A DNA stretch of 56,414 nt, counting the filler, from Bipalium vagum (Eukaryota): the NCBI GenBank assembly GCA_037834085.1. It is 3 parts of 3 records of this genome, joined end to end, with 100 filler letters (N's around TTAATTAATTAA, not from the genome) between each part and the next. Parts side by side here need not be neighbours in the genome. Positions count along the whole stretch, not along the records: positions 1 to 21,283 come from JBBMKC010239646.1; positions 21,384 to 39,450 come from JBBMKC010041941.1; 1 more part is not named here. The stretch is one strand, 5' to 3'. Numbering within the stretch: position 1 is the stretch's first letter; each line of letters opens with the position of its first letter. The translations under genes and the position numbers were made by a program. Positions 12,973 to 26,600 of the stretch are shown here, one piece after another. The notes below the pieces were generated by a model. That model was not told the DNA's origin and did no database searches. It was given only the letters and a program-made list of their open reading frames with translations.

Positions 12973-15900
12973 TTAAATAGAAACACTAGGTAAAGAATCT
13001 GTTCCATTAATAGAAATTGTCGCATTTGTGCTGCCATTTTGAGAATCTGAAGGACTTCCTTGGGAAACAAATAAATCTTCGTGATTATGACAAATAAACT
13101 AAATTGAAACAATAAATTTTTAGTTAAAATTATCATATCTTACATATTCGTTTGATAATTTGATCAAGTGGTCAAAAAAATGTAAATTACAATATGATGT
13201 TGAACATTCGGAACAAAAGTGGTTAGAGATTACTCCACACTCATCACAATAGTGCAATGGGCATAACCACAAGGTTTTTGGGGTTTTGCTTAAATGCACA
13301 CATTTAAGATGATAAACTTGATCACAATTGTCATAAGAACAAATTATTTGGCATCTAGACTGACCACATACAAAACAGTTTTCATCTTCTTTTATAATAT
13401 TCAATGAACTATTTGAATGTACAGAACTAGCCTTGGATTTGCTCTTACGATCAACAGTTTTTTTCTGAGTTTCAGATTTCTTAATATTTTTTTTAAGGTT
13501 GCAATTTTGAGACTTCTTTGTTTCCGTTTGTTGTACTTTATCTAATCCAGCGAGATCAGTCGAAGAAGCTACTTTTGGTGGATCACCCAAAAAACCCGAA
13601 CAATTACTAGCTCCACATTTACAGGCTATTTTACTTTGTCCCAACGAAAAGAAATTATAGTTGAAAGTCAGTTCCTCGTTAGGTTCAATATCACTGAATA
13701 ATAAATAAATTGAAAATAACAAACACTTGAAACTAACTGAAGGGCGAATAATCCAATTCGTGTATCACCATTAACAGTCCATTTTTCTGTATAAAGATTC
13801 GGAGAACAGGAATGATTCATGAAACGGCTGAGGTTAGCCGACGGACCGGCATCTATTATTCGTTGATTATCTAATTCCATCATATAAAAATTAGTGACAT
13901 TGGAATCGTGAGCTTTCTTCAAACGTCTTGCTGCTTCCGACTCATCAATAAGCTCTCCAACATACTCATTCACGAAATCACCCTATAACACACAAAATCA
14001 TTAGAAAAAGGTTAGGCCTGCTTTTTTCTTTATTTTTTAAATTCTTTTATTGATCAAAATAAATCAATAAAATCACAAATTTTAAGTAAAAGTTGTTCTT
14101 TTAATATAATATTGATTTAATTGTAAAACTGAAAAAAAATGTAAATAACAAAAAACCTTTTTAACTGGTTGCAATATCCTCAAAGCCCATCCACGATCAT
14201 TAGAAAGAAAGACTTCCTGTTTCGGATATTCTCGCCGAGTGAATCTCTGATTACGACACATTTCACCGTTTCGACACACCTGAGGATGACATTCGTACAT
14301 CAAATTACGATTCATACACTCACTAGTACGACCACAGGGATCGTGGGAATTTTTATCCGGTCTACATTCACACTGTGGAACTTCAGACAGATCGGCAATC
14401 TTATTTATTCGAACATTTCCAATTGGAATATTGACTTTTATCGATCGATATGCAGTTGGCTTACTTTTGCGGCCAAGAATCGACTCCCATTTCGATTGTC
14501 GGAGTTCGAGAACTCTAGCGGCAATTTTAAGGCTTTTTCGATAATCACGATCTAATTTTGAACCACCATCATCGTCGTCGACATCAAATCTATCATTAGT
14601 CTGGTTGTTTTCATTGGAACTGTTGTCATTAATTTTTTTAGTATCTCCACCGTTCTAAGATATTACATAATAATCAGATATCACATGATAAAGTCGGTAC
14701 CAATTCATCACCCTCTTCAAATGGAAATGCATGAGTTTTGTTCATCCAATGATAATCGTTCGATCCGAAAAACTGAACAAGAAATTGACCTTCACTATGA
14801 GCAGATTTCAAAACTCTTTCCGGGGCATGACTTTGATGGATTATTTGGCCCGGCCACCATCGATAACTGCCTATTTTTAGCCAATATATTTCTCCGTATC
14901 GAGGATATTTTCCCATTTCACATTCTTCACAAATATACAAATCTGGGATCTAAATTTTTCGATAAAGTATGACAAAACCAAAAACGCAATACTTCATCAA
15001 TATCGGCACATTTTTGATGGAACGAGGCCGGACATCGTTCACAACAAATCAAATTTCCGCCTTTAGAGCAAATAAAGCACCAAGAAACGTTATTAGCTTT
15101 TGATTTTGATGCTTTTAATGGTCTTTCCAATTTCCAAAGATCTCGGTTTTGAGAATCATTAAAAGACAAAATTTTGAAATGTAAAGAATTCAGTTGAACA
15201 ATCCCGTTATTGACACAATTCATGAAAGGAGCAACTGAAATTTCCGAGCATCCACCCATCGATAAATGTTGTGGACAAATTATGTAATTGGCATTGATCT
15301 GAAAAATGTGCATTGGTTAGAAATCAATAAAAATGCTGGAATTTAATCATTAATAAAAAATTTGTATTACTTCTTTAGAACCTGCTGGAATACACCACTG
15401 ACCTTTGTGGAATGAGCGTGGACACATTAAGCATCTAATGTGATTGGTGCATTGTCGCACCATTTCAGGATTGTCCATGTAACAAGAGTGGCAAGTATGA
15501 GATGGACATGTCAATGATCCACTTCGATTATAATTGATCAATTGTTGGTATGGACCGTTATACAGACAACTGAAATGATAATATCGACCACAGCTTCCAG
15601 TGGAACATTTCATCATTTCATCTTTCTTGTCCATTTTGTCTAATTTCTGCATATAATAATAAGATAAAAATATGATGTTATTAATCTAAAACTCAATATA
15701 GTACCTGACAAACAAAACAACGACGAACATTTCTATTGCAATCCACACATTTATGGTAATTTATTTCTTTGGTGGTCGGATCCTTAGATGTAAGATAATC
15801 CATCAGAGCCACCATACAATCAACATGAAACTGCTGACCGCAACCACCTGTACAACTGATCACATTCTGTTGATCATTGTCTTGGATACAAAGGAAACAA

Positions 15901-17032
15901 AATAAAGTCCTTTTACAATTAGAAAAGAGAGGCAATTTTAACAGCTCATATTCATACTAAGGTATCACACAATGAACGTGGAATAAATTTGGATCAATAG
16001 TGAAAATTAGAAAGAAAACCATACGTAACTGTCATTGGAAACGATGGCTGTTCGACAATCCTTAGAAGACTCTTTCACGGAAACGTGTTCAGAATTGCGG
16101 TCACTGTCAGAAGTTGTGGTTTTTATTCCCAGTTCTGTGGATTTTGTTATAAAAAAGTCAAAAAGTACAAATGTTACCTCGATATGAAATTCCATATATA
16201 TCAATCCTGTCCTCCACAGACATCATCATCGCTTCTTCGGCTTCCTTCCATGATTCAGTAAACATTTGCATTTTTGATGAACATACTGCAAATTGTTGAA
16301 GAACCTTTAAGCAACAATTAATTGCAACATTCAAATAGTTAGTCTTACATATTTAGGAGTATTTTTTTCCTGAAGTTTCTTAATGTGGTTATCGAATTTC
16401 GATTTTCCTTCAAATACCATAATATCTTTAACATTCACCCATCCTCTCTCAACAAAAGGACCAAAATATGCTACATGAATTGTTTTCTTGTTATTTAGTT
16501 CTTTGTAAAACGTTCCATCAGGGCATTGAAAAATCATACATGGCCACCACGGATGAGATTTTACTTTGGCCCATAAAATTTTACCTATATAATAATCTGA
16601 TTGAAAAGTTTTCGTATCATATTGGTTCGATTTTCGTTGTGAATTTGTTTTAACAACTTTTGGTTCTTCCTTTATGATTTTAAAGGGATATTTTCTTTTC
16701 TTTGAACTAGATTTTCGACATCTAAGAGACGTTTGACTTAGACTACTTGAATCTTCAAAATTGACATTTTCTTGTTTTATTCTATATGGACTGTCATCCA
16801 CAAAATGAATACTTTGAACATCTGAATCAGTCATAGGATCAGTAGATTCACTTAAATAAGAATCATTTTCAAGTAAGGGTGAATTTCCTGATATTGAACA
16901 ATTTTCTGTTTTAATAAACATCTCATTTACTGAATCTGAAATGATTTCACAATATTCTTTTTCTGATATTACTACTTCATTTACACAACTATCCAATTCA
17001 TCAATAAAATAATCTAGCCCATCATCAACCAT
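12973..17032 (-). CDS. NSD: NSD-family histone H3K36 methyltransferase (PWWP-PHDs-PWWP-AWS-SET-postSET-PHD-C5HCH), multi-exon
   Basis: PWWP ([14 protein letters not shown]), several PHD fingers (e.g. [24 protein letters not shown]), second PWWP ([12 protein letters not shown]), AWS ([21 protein letters not shown]), SET ([13 protein letters not shown]; ELTFNYNF), post-SET ([13 protein letters not shown]) and terminal PHD-C5HCH, completed by the last exon FICHNH..SI* (stop at 12973). Short GT-AG introns connect the ORF pieces. Confidence 0.95.
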
Positions 17033-19061
17033 TATATGGAGTTTTATTCCGTTTAGGAAGTATATTACGAAATTAAATAATTAAAAAAATATATAAATTT
17101 ACGAAAATGTATCAAATTATTTAATCAAATTTAATCTGTTATTATTCAAACAAAAGTAACACTACAAGAGACAGAGACAGCTTAAATATTAACTAATTTC
17201 ATATTTAAAATTTATAGTATTTAAATTTAATTTTGTTTTTATAAAGACATTTTAAAGAATGTGAATATAATTTTTCAAGCACAAAAAATTTAAAGCCTAA
17301 CAGATATAGATAAAGTATGATCTAATATAAATTTATCAATTATTAACTGATTATTATTTAAAAACAACAAATTTATTTGCCTTTCAATATTTAATAACAC
17401 TGAATTTTATAAAAAAAAGAACAACTACGTTAATATATATCCATGAAAGTTGTCTTATGAAAATCGTTTTCATAATTATTCCAAGATTGAGATTTTTCGT
17501 TTTATTTATCATTTTAGAAAATCAAGAAATATATTTTTTGTTTCAAATTTAAATCAGAGGTTTTTGGTGAAAACATTGAAATTATAAAGAATTTCCAATG
17601 AATATAATTCTGCGAAATCTGACTACTGTTGCGTTTCGCGTCTAGTACTGATGAGACTGAAAGAGTGGCAGTGAGTTCAGCAGCCGGACGGATCCTTAAG
17701 ACCTGTTTATATGTCTTGCGTCGTTGTGTGCGTGTGGTTATGAGGGATCATTGGAGATGCATATTTATTGGAAAGTCAAGATTGTCAGTATGTCTGTTTG
17801 TCGAACGTTTACTGGAAAAAATTTTTTATTTTATGATACTGTTGGATTCTTTTTCTTAAGAAAAAGTTAGATTTTATTTTTCATAACGTTAACAATATAT
17901 GATTTTGGTTAATTAATGTAATTATAATAAATTATAACAAATGGTAAATTATAATTACCATTTTTCCATATTAAAAAATAAATATTTATTTTCATTGATG
18001 ATTTTAAGGAAACTTAATCCGTTTAATTATTTTGTAAATATACTTTTAATGCCAAATGTTATTATTGTAATTTTTTCTTTTTAATAGCATTAAACATTTC
18101 AACATCTCTGTATAAAACAAACGAGACTATTTTTAAATTCACAATAAAAATTTTAAAACCTTTTTTAAAAAATATAACGGTAATCCTATACTTTACTGGC
18201 AACAAAGTAGGTCAAATTTTAGCTTAATATTAAAAATACTATATATCTTTTTTATCAAAGAAAACCGAATAAAATGAACAAAAATATTTTTAATAAATTT
18301 TGAATATGTATAGTTTTGATAACCGATAATTAGTTTGGTAAATATTTGTTCACTTCAAATAAATTCTACGATTTTTGAAATGAGAAATAAAGGTAATCAA
18401 CTACTACTATACATATTATTACAATATAAGTGAAATGCAAAAATTTGACCTACTTTGGCCCCTCTAAAGTATAGGATTTCCAAATATAACATACACAAAA
18501 AACTTTTATTTCATATTTTTACACAAAACAGTAATTTAATATCATAATAAATTACATTTTTTACCCCCAAATGAATTGGTTTATTTGTTTACTATCATAG
18601 ATTGCAAAAGAATGCTGATATATGTAATCAAGTTTTTGTCTTCTGTCTTCATTAAATTATTTATATCATTTAACCTCCAAACCAATTTATTTTTGTTTAC
18701 TTTTCTCAATTCGTTGGGTTTGTCAAGGCACAAACCGTAATAATAATTAAATAATAACAATGATAAAATAATAATAAGAATATCTGTTTTTTCCAATAAT
18801 GTAGAAGAAATACATGAATTTCATAATTTTTTAGTCATTTTAATTGAGCGCTAAAATGAATATTCAAACAAATATATAACCTTACTATTTTATTAACAAA
18901 TCTATGTAAATTTTCACACAATAAATATATACTCTATTAATCCTTATTACCAGTTATCCTATCTTAAATGATTCGTGGGAAGCTGACTTTCAGTTTTGAG
19001 GGTTTCAGTACATCATTACATTTTATGGTAAAACTTTATAACTTATCAAAATTTTTATATG

Positions 19062-19624
19062 CAGGGTATCACAAAAAATGTGTACACACTTTAAATATAA
19101 ATCGTTAAGTAATTATAAGTCCTTATTACTTGTTTTATAGTTTTAAAAATACTCCAATAACTGGTAAAAAAATTACCACTATTTTAAACATATAAATTTA
19201 TTCTTAAAGATTGAATCATAAAAGGTAGGTTGAACTTTGAGCAGCATAAATTTATTATAAAAAAAATTACTTCCAGTTTGAAAACATAAGAGGTACAGAC
19301 CCTGTTCAAGAAAGAATTTCAGATAGATCCTACAACAAGACTGACAATTAGTCGAATAAAGGATAAATTCGAAAAAGATGAAACTACTTATAATGTCAAA
19401 AAGAACCGTTCTGAAAGACTGAATGTTCTACGGTATGTAAAATTCCATTGCTACGCACTGTCAACAGTGTCTGGACAAGAATGGAAGTCACTTTGAAATC
19501 TGGAGTTGAAAAACAAAATAAATTTCGTTTGTAGATTGTATTCAATTTTAAAATAAACTGCATTTCATTAAACTTCTGATTTATAATTATTTTAAGTTTG
19601 TATAAACTTTTTTGAGACACCCTG
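19062..19624 (+). mobile_element. Internally deleted DUF4817/maT-like (Tc1/mariner superfamily) element
   Basis: Imperfect TIRs CAGGGTATCACAAAAAATGTGTACACACTT and AAGTTTGTATAAACTTTTTTGAGACACCCTG+TA. The interior encodes the HTH N-terminus (..FKKEFQIDPTTRLTISRIKDKFEK) joined to the C-terminus (..HCQQCLDKNGSHFE). Confidence 0.8.
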
Positions 19625-20449
19625 TATTTTTTATTTTTGAAATTCATATTATCAACAAAATATCTGAAATCTTTTCTGAATTAAAAATATTTTGTGTAGA
19701 ATAAAGAAATTTTATTTACTATTATTAATAAACCTTTAAAAATATAAGTAAAACTAAATTGATACTTAATTAATAATTGTGTAAAAACGGGATCTCAACA
19801 GAATGGCATTTTTGATTAATCTGATAAAAATTATCTCTTACTTTATAAAGATGATTTGCTATCAAAATTAATGTCGTCTATGAAAGTAGAAATTTAAGAA
19901 ATTCAATTGACAAGACAAGCGCAAAAGCAATCTCAAATTTCATTTCGATTAAAAACATATAAAATTAATTAAATGTCTCTGTCAGGGAGTCACTTTCGTC
20001 AGAAAAGTGATATTTTAAAAATTGTTAAAATAAAAATTATGACTTGATTATTTCTTTGTGATTTTTCACTTTATTCCTTAAACAATAATTTTATTAATAT
20101 AAATATTTTTTAAAATATAAATAGATTTTTAGTTTTATTATTTACTCCTCTTTGATGACACACTGGCGTGTTTTAAAGTAACTTTGGAATGCTAAGTAAA
20201 AATAAAGACAAAATATTTATTCATAAAATACTTTTCAAACATTAATGCAATTTTCTTTTTGATAAAGTATTTATTTATTTCAAGACTTTATGTGAGACTC
20301 TTCAATGGTGGAGAAGAATATTTTTCAAGTAGACAGAAACACATTCATTTGAGTTTAACATTCTACCATTCAAAGTAAGCAAAACAAATGAAAGTTTGAT
20401 GGACACATTTATTTATCAATGAAAAAAACTTATATTACATGAAAACTAT

Positions 20450-20900
20450 AAGGGTTGTCAACAAGTTGAAACGTTTATTTATTTAGGAACATAAGAAAAA
20501 ATACATGTAATTTGGTACACACTTTATTTATATTATATATATATCTTGTCTTCGATTCGCTCTTTACGTAAAAGCCGAATATCAATCACAGTGCTAAATC
20601 ATTTTTGGAAAAAATTTGAGGACAGTTTGTAACTACAATCTCAGTCCTCTTGATCTTTTTTGTACTGTCGAATCGCTGTCCACAAAATAATCTTAGGCCC
20701 GAAATAATAAGTCATACAAAGCTAAATCAGCATTATGTGGTGATTGAGGGAAATCGGGCCATCCCATTTTTGCAATAAACTGATTTGTTAAAATGAAGTT
20801 TCAACAAGCCAGTAAGAACTAAATCATCTTTATCCAAAATAAATGTTGCCATAATCTTTTTACTCACACTTTTTTACGAATTCAGTCAAAAAATTCTTTT
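20450..20900 (-). mobile_element. Decayed mariner fragment
   Basis: The minus strand reads DLALYDLLF..CGQRFDSTKKIK (cf. SPDLAPCDFxLF..GxRF). Confidence 0.55.
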
Positions 20901-21283
20901 TTCTGAATAATGTTTTTATGCTAAATGTAGCTTTATATTCCTGTTCTTCGCTTAGCTAATACCGTCCTTGTGAATTAAAATAACAGAAATACGTTTTAAT
21001 TTATGTATCAAAATAACCTTTTTTTTCACCAAAAAGTACAAAAAAACAACCGCAATATACATGAACTCAGTGCATTGAAATCACAATAAAATAATGTCTG
21101 AAACACAAAATAACAATCAATGTCTGAGATTAATATATATTATGGGTATGCATAAGTTCACATCACTGATGTACATGTGGAATTTAAGTAATATTGTGGA
21201 GACTCTCACCTTCGGACCAACCAATTCAATCAAACCCCTCAAAAACTTCGATCCCAAAGCAATCCAAATTTTCAAAATAATAA

Positions 21284-21383
21284 NNNNNNNNNNNNNNNNN
21301 NNNNNNNNNNNNNNNNNNNNNNNNNNNTTAATTAATTAANNNNNNNNNNNNNNNNNNNNNNNNNNNNNNNNNNNNNNNNNNNN
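21284..21383. other. Artificial contig-join spacer (44 N + TTAATTAATTAA + 44 N)
   Basis: Six-frame stop linker centred in exactly 100 nt. Confidence 0.95.
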
Positions 21384-21551
21384 TTATTTTCTTGAAATAA
21401 AAATGTTAAACAATCTCGAGTTTTTGAATACTGAAACTGTCGATAACGTGGCAGTAACTATTCCATTACATGGAATACTTTAATAAAGACTAATAATAAT
21501 AATAATATTTCAACCTCTAGTAATTTTAATTTTAAGATTCTAAGTTTAATA

Positions 21552-22087
21552 CTCCCTCCATCCGGAAATATGGTATACATTTCAACAAAAATTGTAGATT
21601 ATCGTGATTATAAAAATACATTGGCCACTGTCATTGCATTGTTATAGTAGATACTCATGACAATATAACCTGAAATATTTGACGTAGGCAATATCATTCT
21701 TAGTTAAAAACGTAACGCTCAAACATCAGTGTTTCTTGAGACAAATAAAATTAATACCGCTGCAAGACAAATATGGAAAATTCTGAAAGAAATTTGTTAA
21801 ACTTAGAAAGAAGGGATTCCAAATATAAACAATTAACCAAAGAACAACGCCAAGGTATATTAGAAAAATGATTACAGAGATGAAGGAGAATAAGCTAAAA
21901 CACGGTGTAATCAATGAAGTTGTTCAATAAAGCGTATAATAAAGCCAAATCAAATTTCGAGTGAAAAATATCATTCTTAATTAATTAAAATGTTTCAAAT
22001 AAAGTTAATATAATATATTTATCATGTACATTTATTTTTTTATTTTATTTTTTCGCAAATGTGTACCATATTTCCGGACGGATGGAG
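21552..22087 (+). mobile_element. Non-autonomous Stowaway/DD39D-like mariner derivative (536 bp)
   Basis: 31-bp TIRs, left CTCCCTCCATCCGGAAATATGGTATACATTT and right (reverse complement) CTCCATCCGTCCGGAAATATGGTACACATTT, TA on both sides. Interior peptide QLTKEQRQGILEK*LQR..ENKLKHGVINEV resembles the N-terminus of DD39D transposases. Confidence 0.8.
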
Positions 22088-24239
22088 TAAAATAAATGAT
22101 AATAATTTAAGAAATTTGATAATAAAAAATAAGTTGTCATTAATTTAATAAATATTTAAAATTTTAATGAATTTAATAAATTTCTAATTTTAAAAATAAG
22201 ATAATAAAGAAAAAATAAATAAAATTTTAAAAGAAATTAATTAATGGAAAATTAGATTTTCAAAAAACTCCGATTTTTTGTTTGGTAGAAATAAAGGTAT
22301 GGAAATAAAACCTATAGATATCTTCTTTACTGACTGAGAGAAAATAAACAAAATCTGATAAGCTCATAATAATAACAAAAAATGTTTAATTATATTACCT
22401 TCACTAAATAATCTATTGGGAGTTTTCACTGAACCTTCTGGTTTATTAATAATTTGATCGCGATTAAAACCTCTCAAATTCTTCTCACTAATGTACTCAA
22501 ATTTTAAAGGACACTCAATATTGCAGATAATATTTATTTATAAATAAAATATATAAAATAAATAAATGTAAATCAATAAATAAATATTTTTATTATGAAA
22601 AAAATTAATAATTTTAATCTGAACCTGAATTTGATTGCCTGAATGTAATATAACATCCTTTCTCAAAGATGAATTAGTTTTCTCTCATTCCACATGTTAT
22701 GGTGACAGTTTAAAACAAGAAAAGATAAATATTTATTATTATTTTAGGAAAATTTAATTAAGCAAGATTAAAAAATATTGATTTTTGTATATACATGTAC
22801 TCTGATTATACCTTGCAAGTATTATTGTCTGTTTATTTTTAATAATAAATTGTGTAATCATTTAACAATTGTTTATTATTAACATACAAGGCATTATATT
22901 ACTTCTTTGATAAAGTAAACGTTTCCTGGATAATAATACAAAAGCTTTAACAATCTCGTTATTAAACTTTGATGCATTCACTATTGCTTAGGTATTCAAA
23001 CTAAATATGAAGATTTTTATATTTCAGAACCCAATTTTTCATGAAAATGGAATAAAAAATATTTACTCAAAATGACCAAAGTCCTTCGCTTTCAACGTCA
23101 AAAACGATGTCTTAAACATTGATGTTCTTTTTGAATACTTGAACCCATTGGATGCTTAAGGTTATATCGCTAATATTTTGATCCTTATTATATCTTATTA
23201 TAAAAATTTATTGACAATGTCAAGTAAGTCCAGATGAGTTTTACAATCTGATAGCCTTAAAGAATAAAAATAAATAATATTTTGCTTGCTCGTAGGAAAC
23301 CTTTATCTTTGGTTTTGAAAGGGTCTCGCATTAAAATATACATTGCTTATGAAATAGAAATATATAATCGCTTTTTAAAATGAGATTTTTTAACAAAGAT
23401 GAAAAGGAAATTTGAACTCATTCATATTAAAAATATTTTTATATTATTTATTTTTATAAAAAATATTAAATGAATTTAAGAGCATTACCTCGCAGTGGTT
23501 TTAAGGGGTTGTTGAGGTACTTTTGTAAGCCACTTTTATATATGCTTCTAAATAAAACAAACTCCGTTATGTGAAATAAATGACAAAATAGATCAATAAT
23601 AACGAATAAATTTAAATAGACATAATTTTTATTAACGAAAATTAGATTTATTTTACTCCGATATTTTGTTATTTAATTCATTTTATTTCTTTTAAGTCGT
23701 CATAATAAATCAATTTAATTTTACTGATATTTTTGCTTGTGAAAAAAACTTATCCTAATTCCGTTTTTTAGCGAATAAATATTTTTTTTTAAATAATAAT
23801 TTTTTTTATTATAAATTATGTTAATGGAATTTAAAAAATTTAATTAATTTAAATGTTAAATTTTACTGGATTTATTTTGAGTGGAATAATTGTTTGAAAT
23901 TGATTGAAAAATGCTTGTCATATTTTATAATTAAAATGGGTTTAATTATGAAAACAAATTAATTTCATCAAAGAGATTCTGGATTAATTTGTTTTCTTGC
24001 CAATTTCGTATAAATTTATTCATTTTTCTTTGTTTAAATTTTACGTAATAATAAATTTAATTTCTTTGTTTTTTTAAATGAAAATAATAATTTGTGAGAT
24101 GATAATTCAACGCTGGCACGTGGGGAAAATGTTTATCTAAATAAAAATAATTATACTATCCAATCCAATATATAGAACAACATTCTGTGAAAATAAAGAA
24201 ACAATTTAAGAACATGTTTTAAAAAGATTAATATTAATA

Positions 24240-25111
24240 CATCGTTTTCACCTCTATTTTGACAACGTTAAGGTTATTTTTGACATTGTAAAGGTCTATT
24301 TTGACAGTGTCAAGTTTAATTTTGGAATTGTAAAATTTTATTTTTACAAAATGTTAATTACAAGAGGTATATGTTCATTACGTTAAAAAGATCAACAAAT
24401 TCAATTAGAAATACATTTATTCAATAATAATTTCCTTTTTCAAATATCCTGAAATGTATGAAGTTATATTGCGATAGAAACCCTAACCCACTATTTATAA
24501 GTTCCATTAAAGATTCTTTATTTTCTGGTCTTTCTCTTCGTACAAATTCTCTCCGTTTTCAAAATAAATTTTTAAAAGGGTTTTAAAAAGGTGAGTTAGG
24601 AGGTAAAAATAATAAACCGAAACTGTTTTCTCCTATAAGTTTCCTTATTCTTGTAGTTTTGTGAAAAGGAACATTATCCATTATTAGAACTGATTTCGTA
24701 TACATATTTTTAAGAAAAGCTAATAGATTTTCTACATATTCAAAAACAGTCATCATTAAAAGGATGAGTTTGAACAGCATAACACAAAATAAAGATTCTA
24801 TATTCATTGCACAGCAAACAGATATTTTTCTTGATCCTATGTTTCTTGTAATGATTGGACAACCTGAATAGGTTTTTTTCTATAAAAGGTTGATCTCTCT
24901 TATCTCTCACGCTTACATTACAGCCAACTTCGTCAACCGTCACATTAAATTCTTTCAAACATTTATCAACAATTTTTGTTAAAGGGATCGAACTGTCTCC
25001 ATCAATTCATTCTTTAATAACATTTGCTGTTCAGCCGATAATTTTGTCCAAACTAAACTTTACAATGTCAAAATTAAACTTAAATTTGTCAAAATAGAGG
25101 TGAAAACGGTG
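24240..25111 (-). mobile_element. IS630/Tc1-like (DDE_3) element, decayed, TIRs with about 21-bp subterminal repeats
   Basis: TA-flanked TIRs CA(T/C)CGTTTTCACCTCTATTTTGACA at both ends. The - strand encodes VDEVG.N and SVLIMDNVPFHK..LLFLPPNSPF. Confidence 0.85.
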
Positions 25112-25349
25112 TAAATCAAAGCCTATCAGGTCTAATAATTCTTTTTCTTCATTTGTTTTAAAAATTTTTTTAACGAAACCGATAAGTTTAAAAAATAGAG
25201 TTAGCACTATATACACTACACTATATATACGTATATATATACGTCACTATATATAATATAAAATAAATATTGAATGACAGAGATTACATATGTGACTAAT
25301 GTTTGTTATAATGTTATCAATAAATGTTTCTTTTGAATAAATAAAAACG

Positions 25350-26600
25350 CTACGTAATTATGAAACACCCCAATACATGTACTACATAAAGATATTTTTA
25401 TTGATTTATTTTATTCAGTTTTATTTGAACTTGGAAATAATGGATGAAAAGCATATTAGACAATATATAATTTTTGAATTTCAAAGCTACAAAAACTGCA
25501 AAGAATATATGTATCCTCAGTGAGCAAGGTGCACTTGATGACAGAAAATGACAGCTTTGGTTCAGAAAATTTCGCGATTAAAGTGATTGAGGGCGTATAT
25601 CCAGTTTTGATCAGTACACCTTTGAAGACAAATCCTCAAATCATATTAAAAAAAATACCACAGCATAAAATTTTCCCTAAAAAATTGGCAATCAATTGAA
25701 ATCACTTAGAAAGATTAAAAAAATCGAAAAATTGATTCCCCACTAATTATCAGAAATCAATCACAATTTGCAATTCTCTTTTATTATATAAAATCAGCAT
25801 TTTTTAGAGCACTTTAGACAAAAAAATGGTATTTTGCCCTAATTTCAATGGTTAAATAAAAGTGAAACTTCACAGCCTTTGCCAAATCAAAAATTGCACC
25901 GGAATAAAAGTGATGTTATGTATTTGGAGGAATGCTAAAGGAATTACCAATTTTCAATATTTCCCAGTAAACCGAATTATTACAAGCCATATTATGGTCA
26001 ATTGGAAAGGCCAAAAAAAGATTTTAAAAGGAACTCGCATTGGTAAATTGAAATGGTCTAATTCTTCAGTACGACCTTATCGTTCAAAAATCAGTAGAAA
26101 AATTGCTCAAGTTAGGATGAAAGGTTCTACCTCAGTCAAGTTATTCTTTTCATATTGCTCCTTCCGATAACCATTTTTTTCATTTCTTACAAAATTTTCT
26201 TGCTGGTAAATAATTTAATAATAAAATGTTGCTCAAACTCTACTGACCGATTTTTTCAATTATCAGGTTGTATAGTATGAAATTTGTAGGTAATGAAAAT
26301 AGTGAGCCACGTGGTCGTCCAGAATCAAAGGTGTGCAACGACAAATTAAAGATGATCATTGAGTCTAACCAATGTCAGAGTGCCCAGGAATTGTCTGTAA
26401 AGTTTGGTGTCACCAAAAAAACTATTTTAGATCATATGAATCAAATTTATTAATAAATTTTGTTTTTCATTTTAAAAATTTCATACTACACAACCTGATA
26501 AAATCACCAGAATTCGAGAGTAAAGAAATTAAAATGCTACCTGAACGGTGGCTGAAAGTGATTGAAGACAACGGAAACTACATTGTTGATTAATTTCTGT
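25350..26600 (+). mobile_element. Decayed mariner element interrupted by a nested mini-mariner
   Basis: MDEKHIRQYIIFEF N-terminus, KVMLCIWRN, and C-terminal KSPEF..IKMLPERWLKVIEDNGNYIVD*. Confidence 0.8.
26263..26498 (+). mobile_element. Internally deleted mariner (236 bp) nested in an older mariner
   Basis: TA-flanked TIRs TCAGGTTGTATAGTATGAAATTT and AAATTTCATACTACACAACCTGA. The interior encodes PRGRPESKVCNDKLKMIIESNQCQSAQELSVKFGV (GRP + HTH). Confidence 0.88.

Noticed and set aside
14169-14972. Plus-strand ORFs overlapping NSD
   Set aside because: Antisense shadows of NSD coding exons, with no independent motifs.
17630-17675. Hammerhead ribozyme (GTC..CTGATGAGACTGAAAGAGT)
   Set aside because: No GAAA core follows a closed stem II, and no stem I can form.
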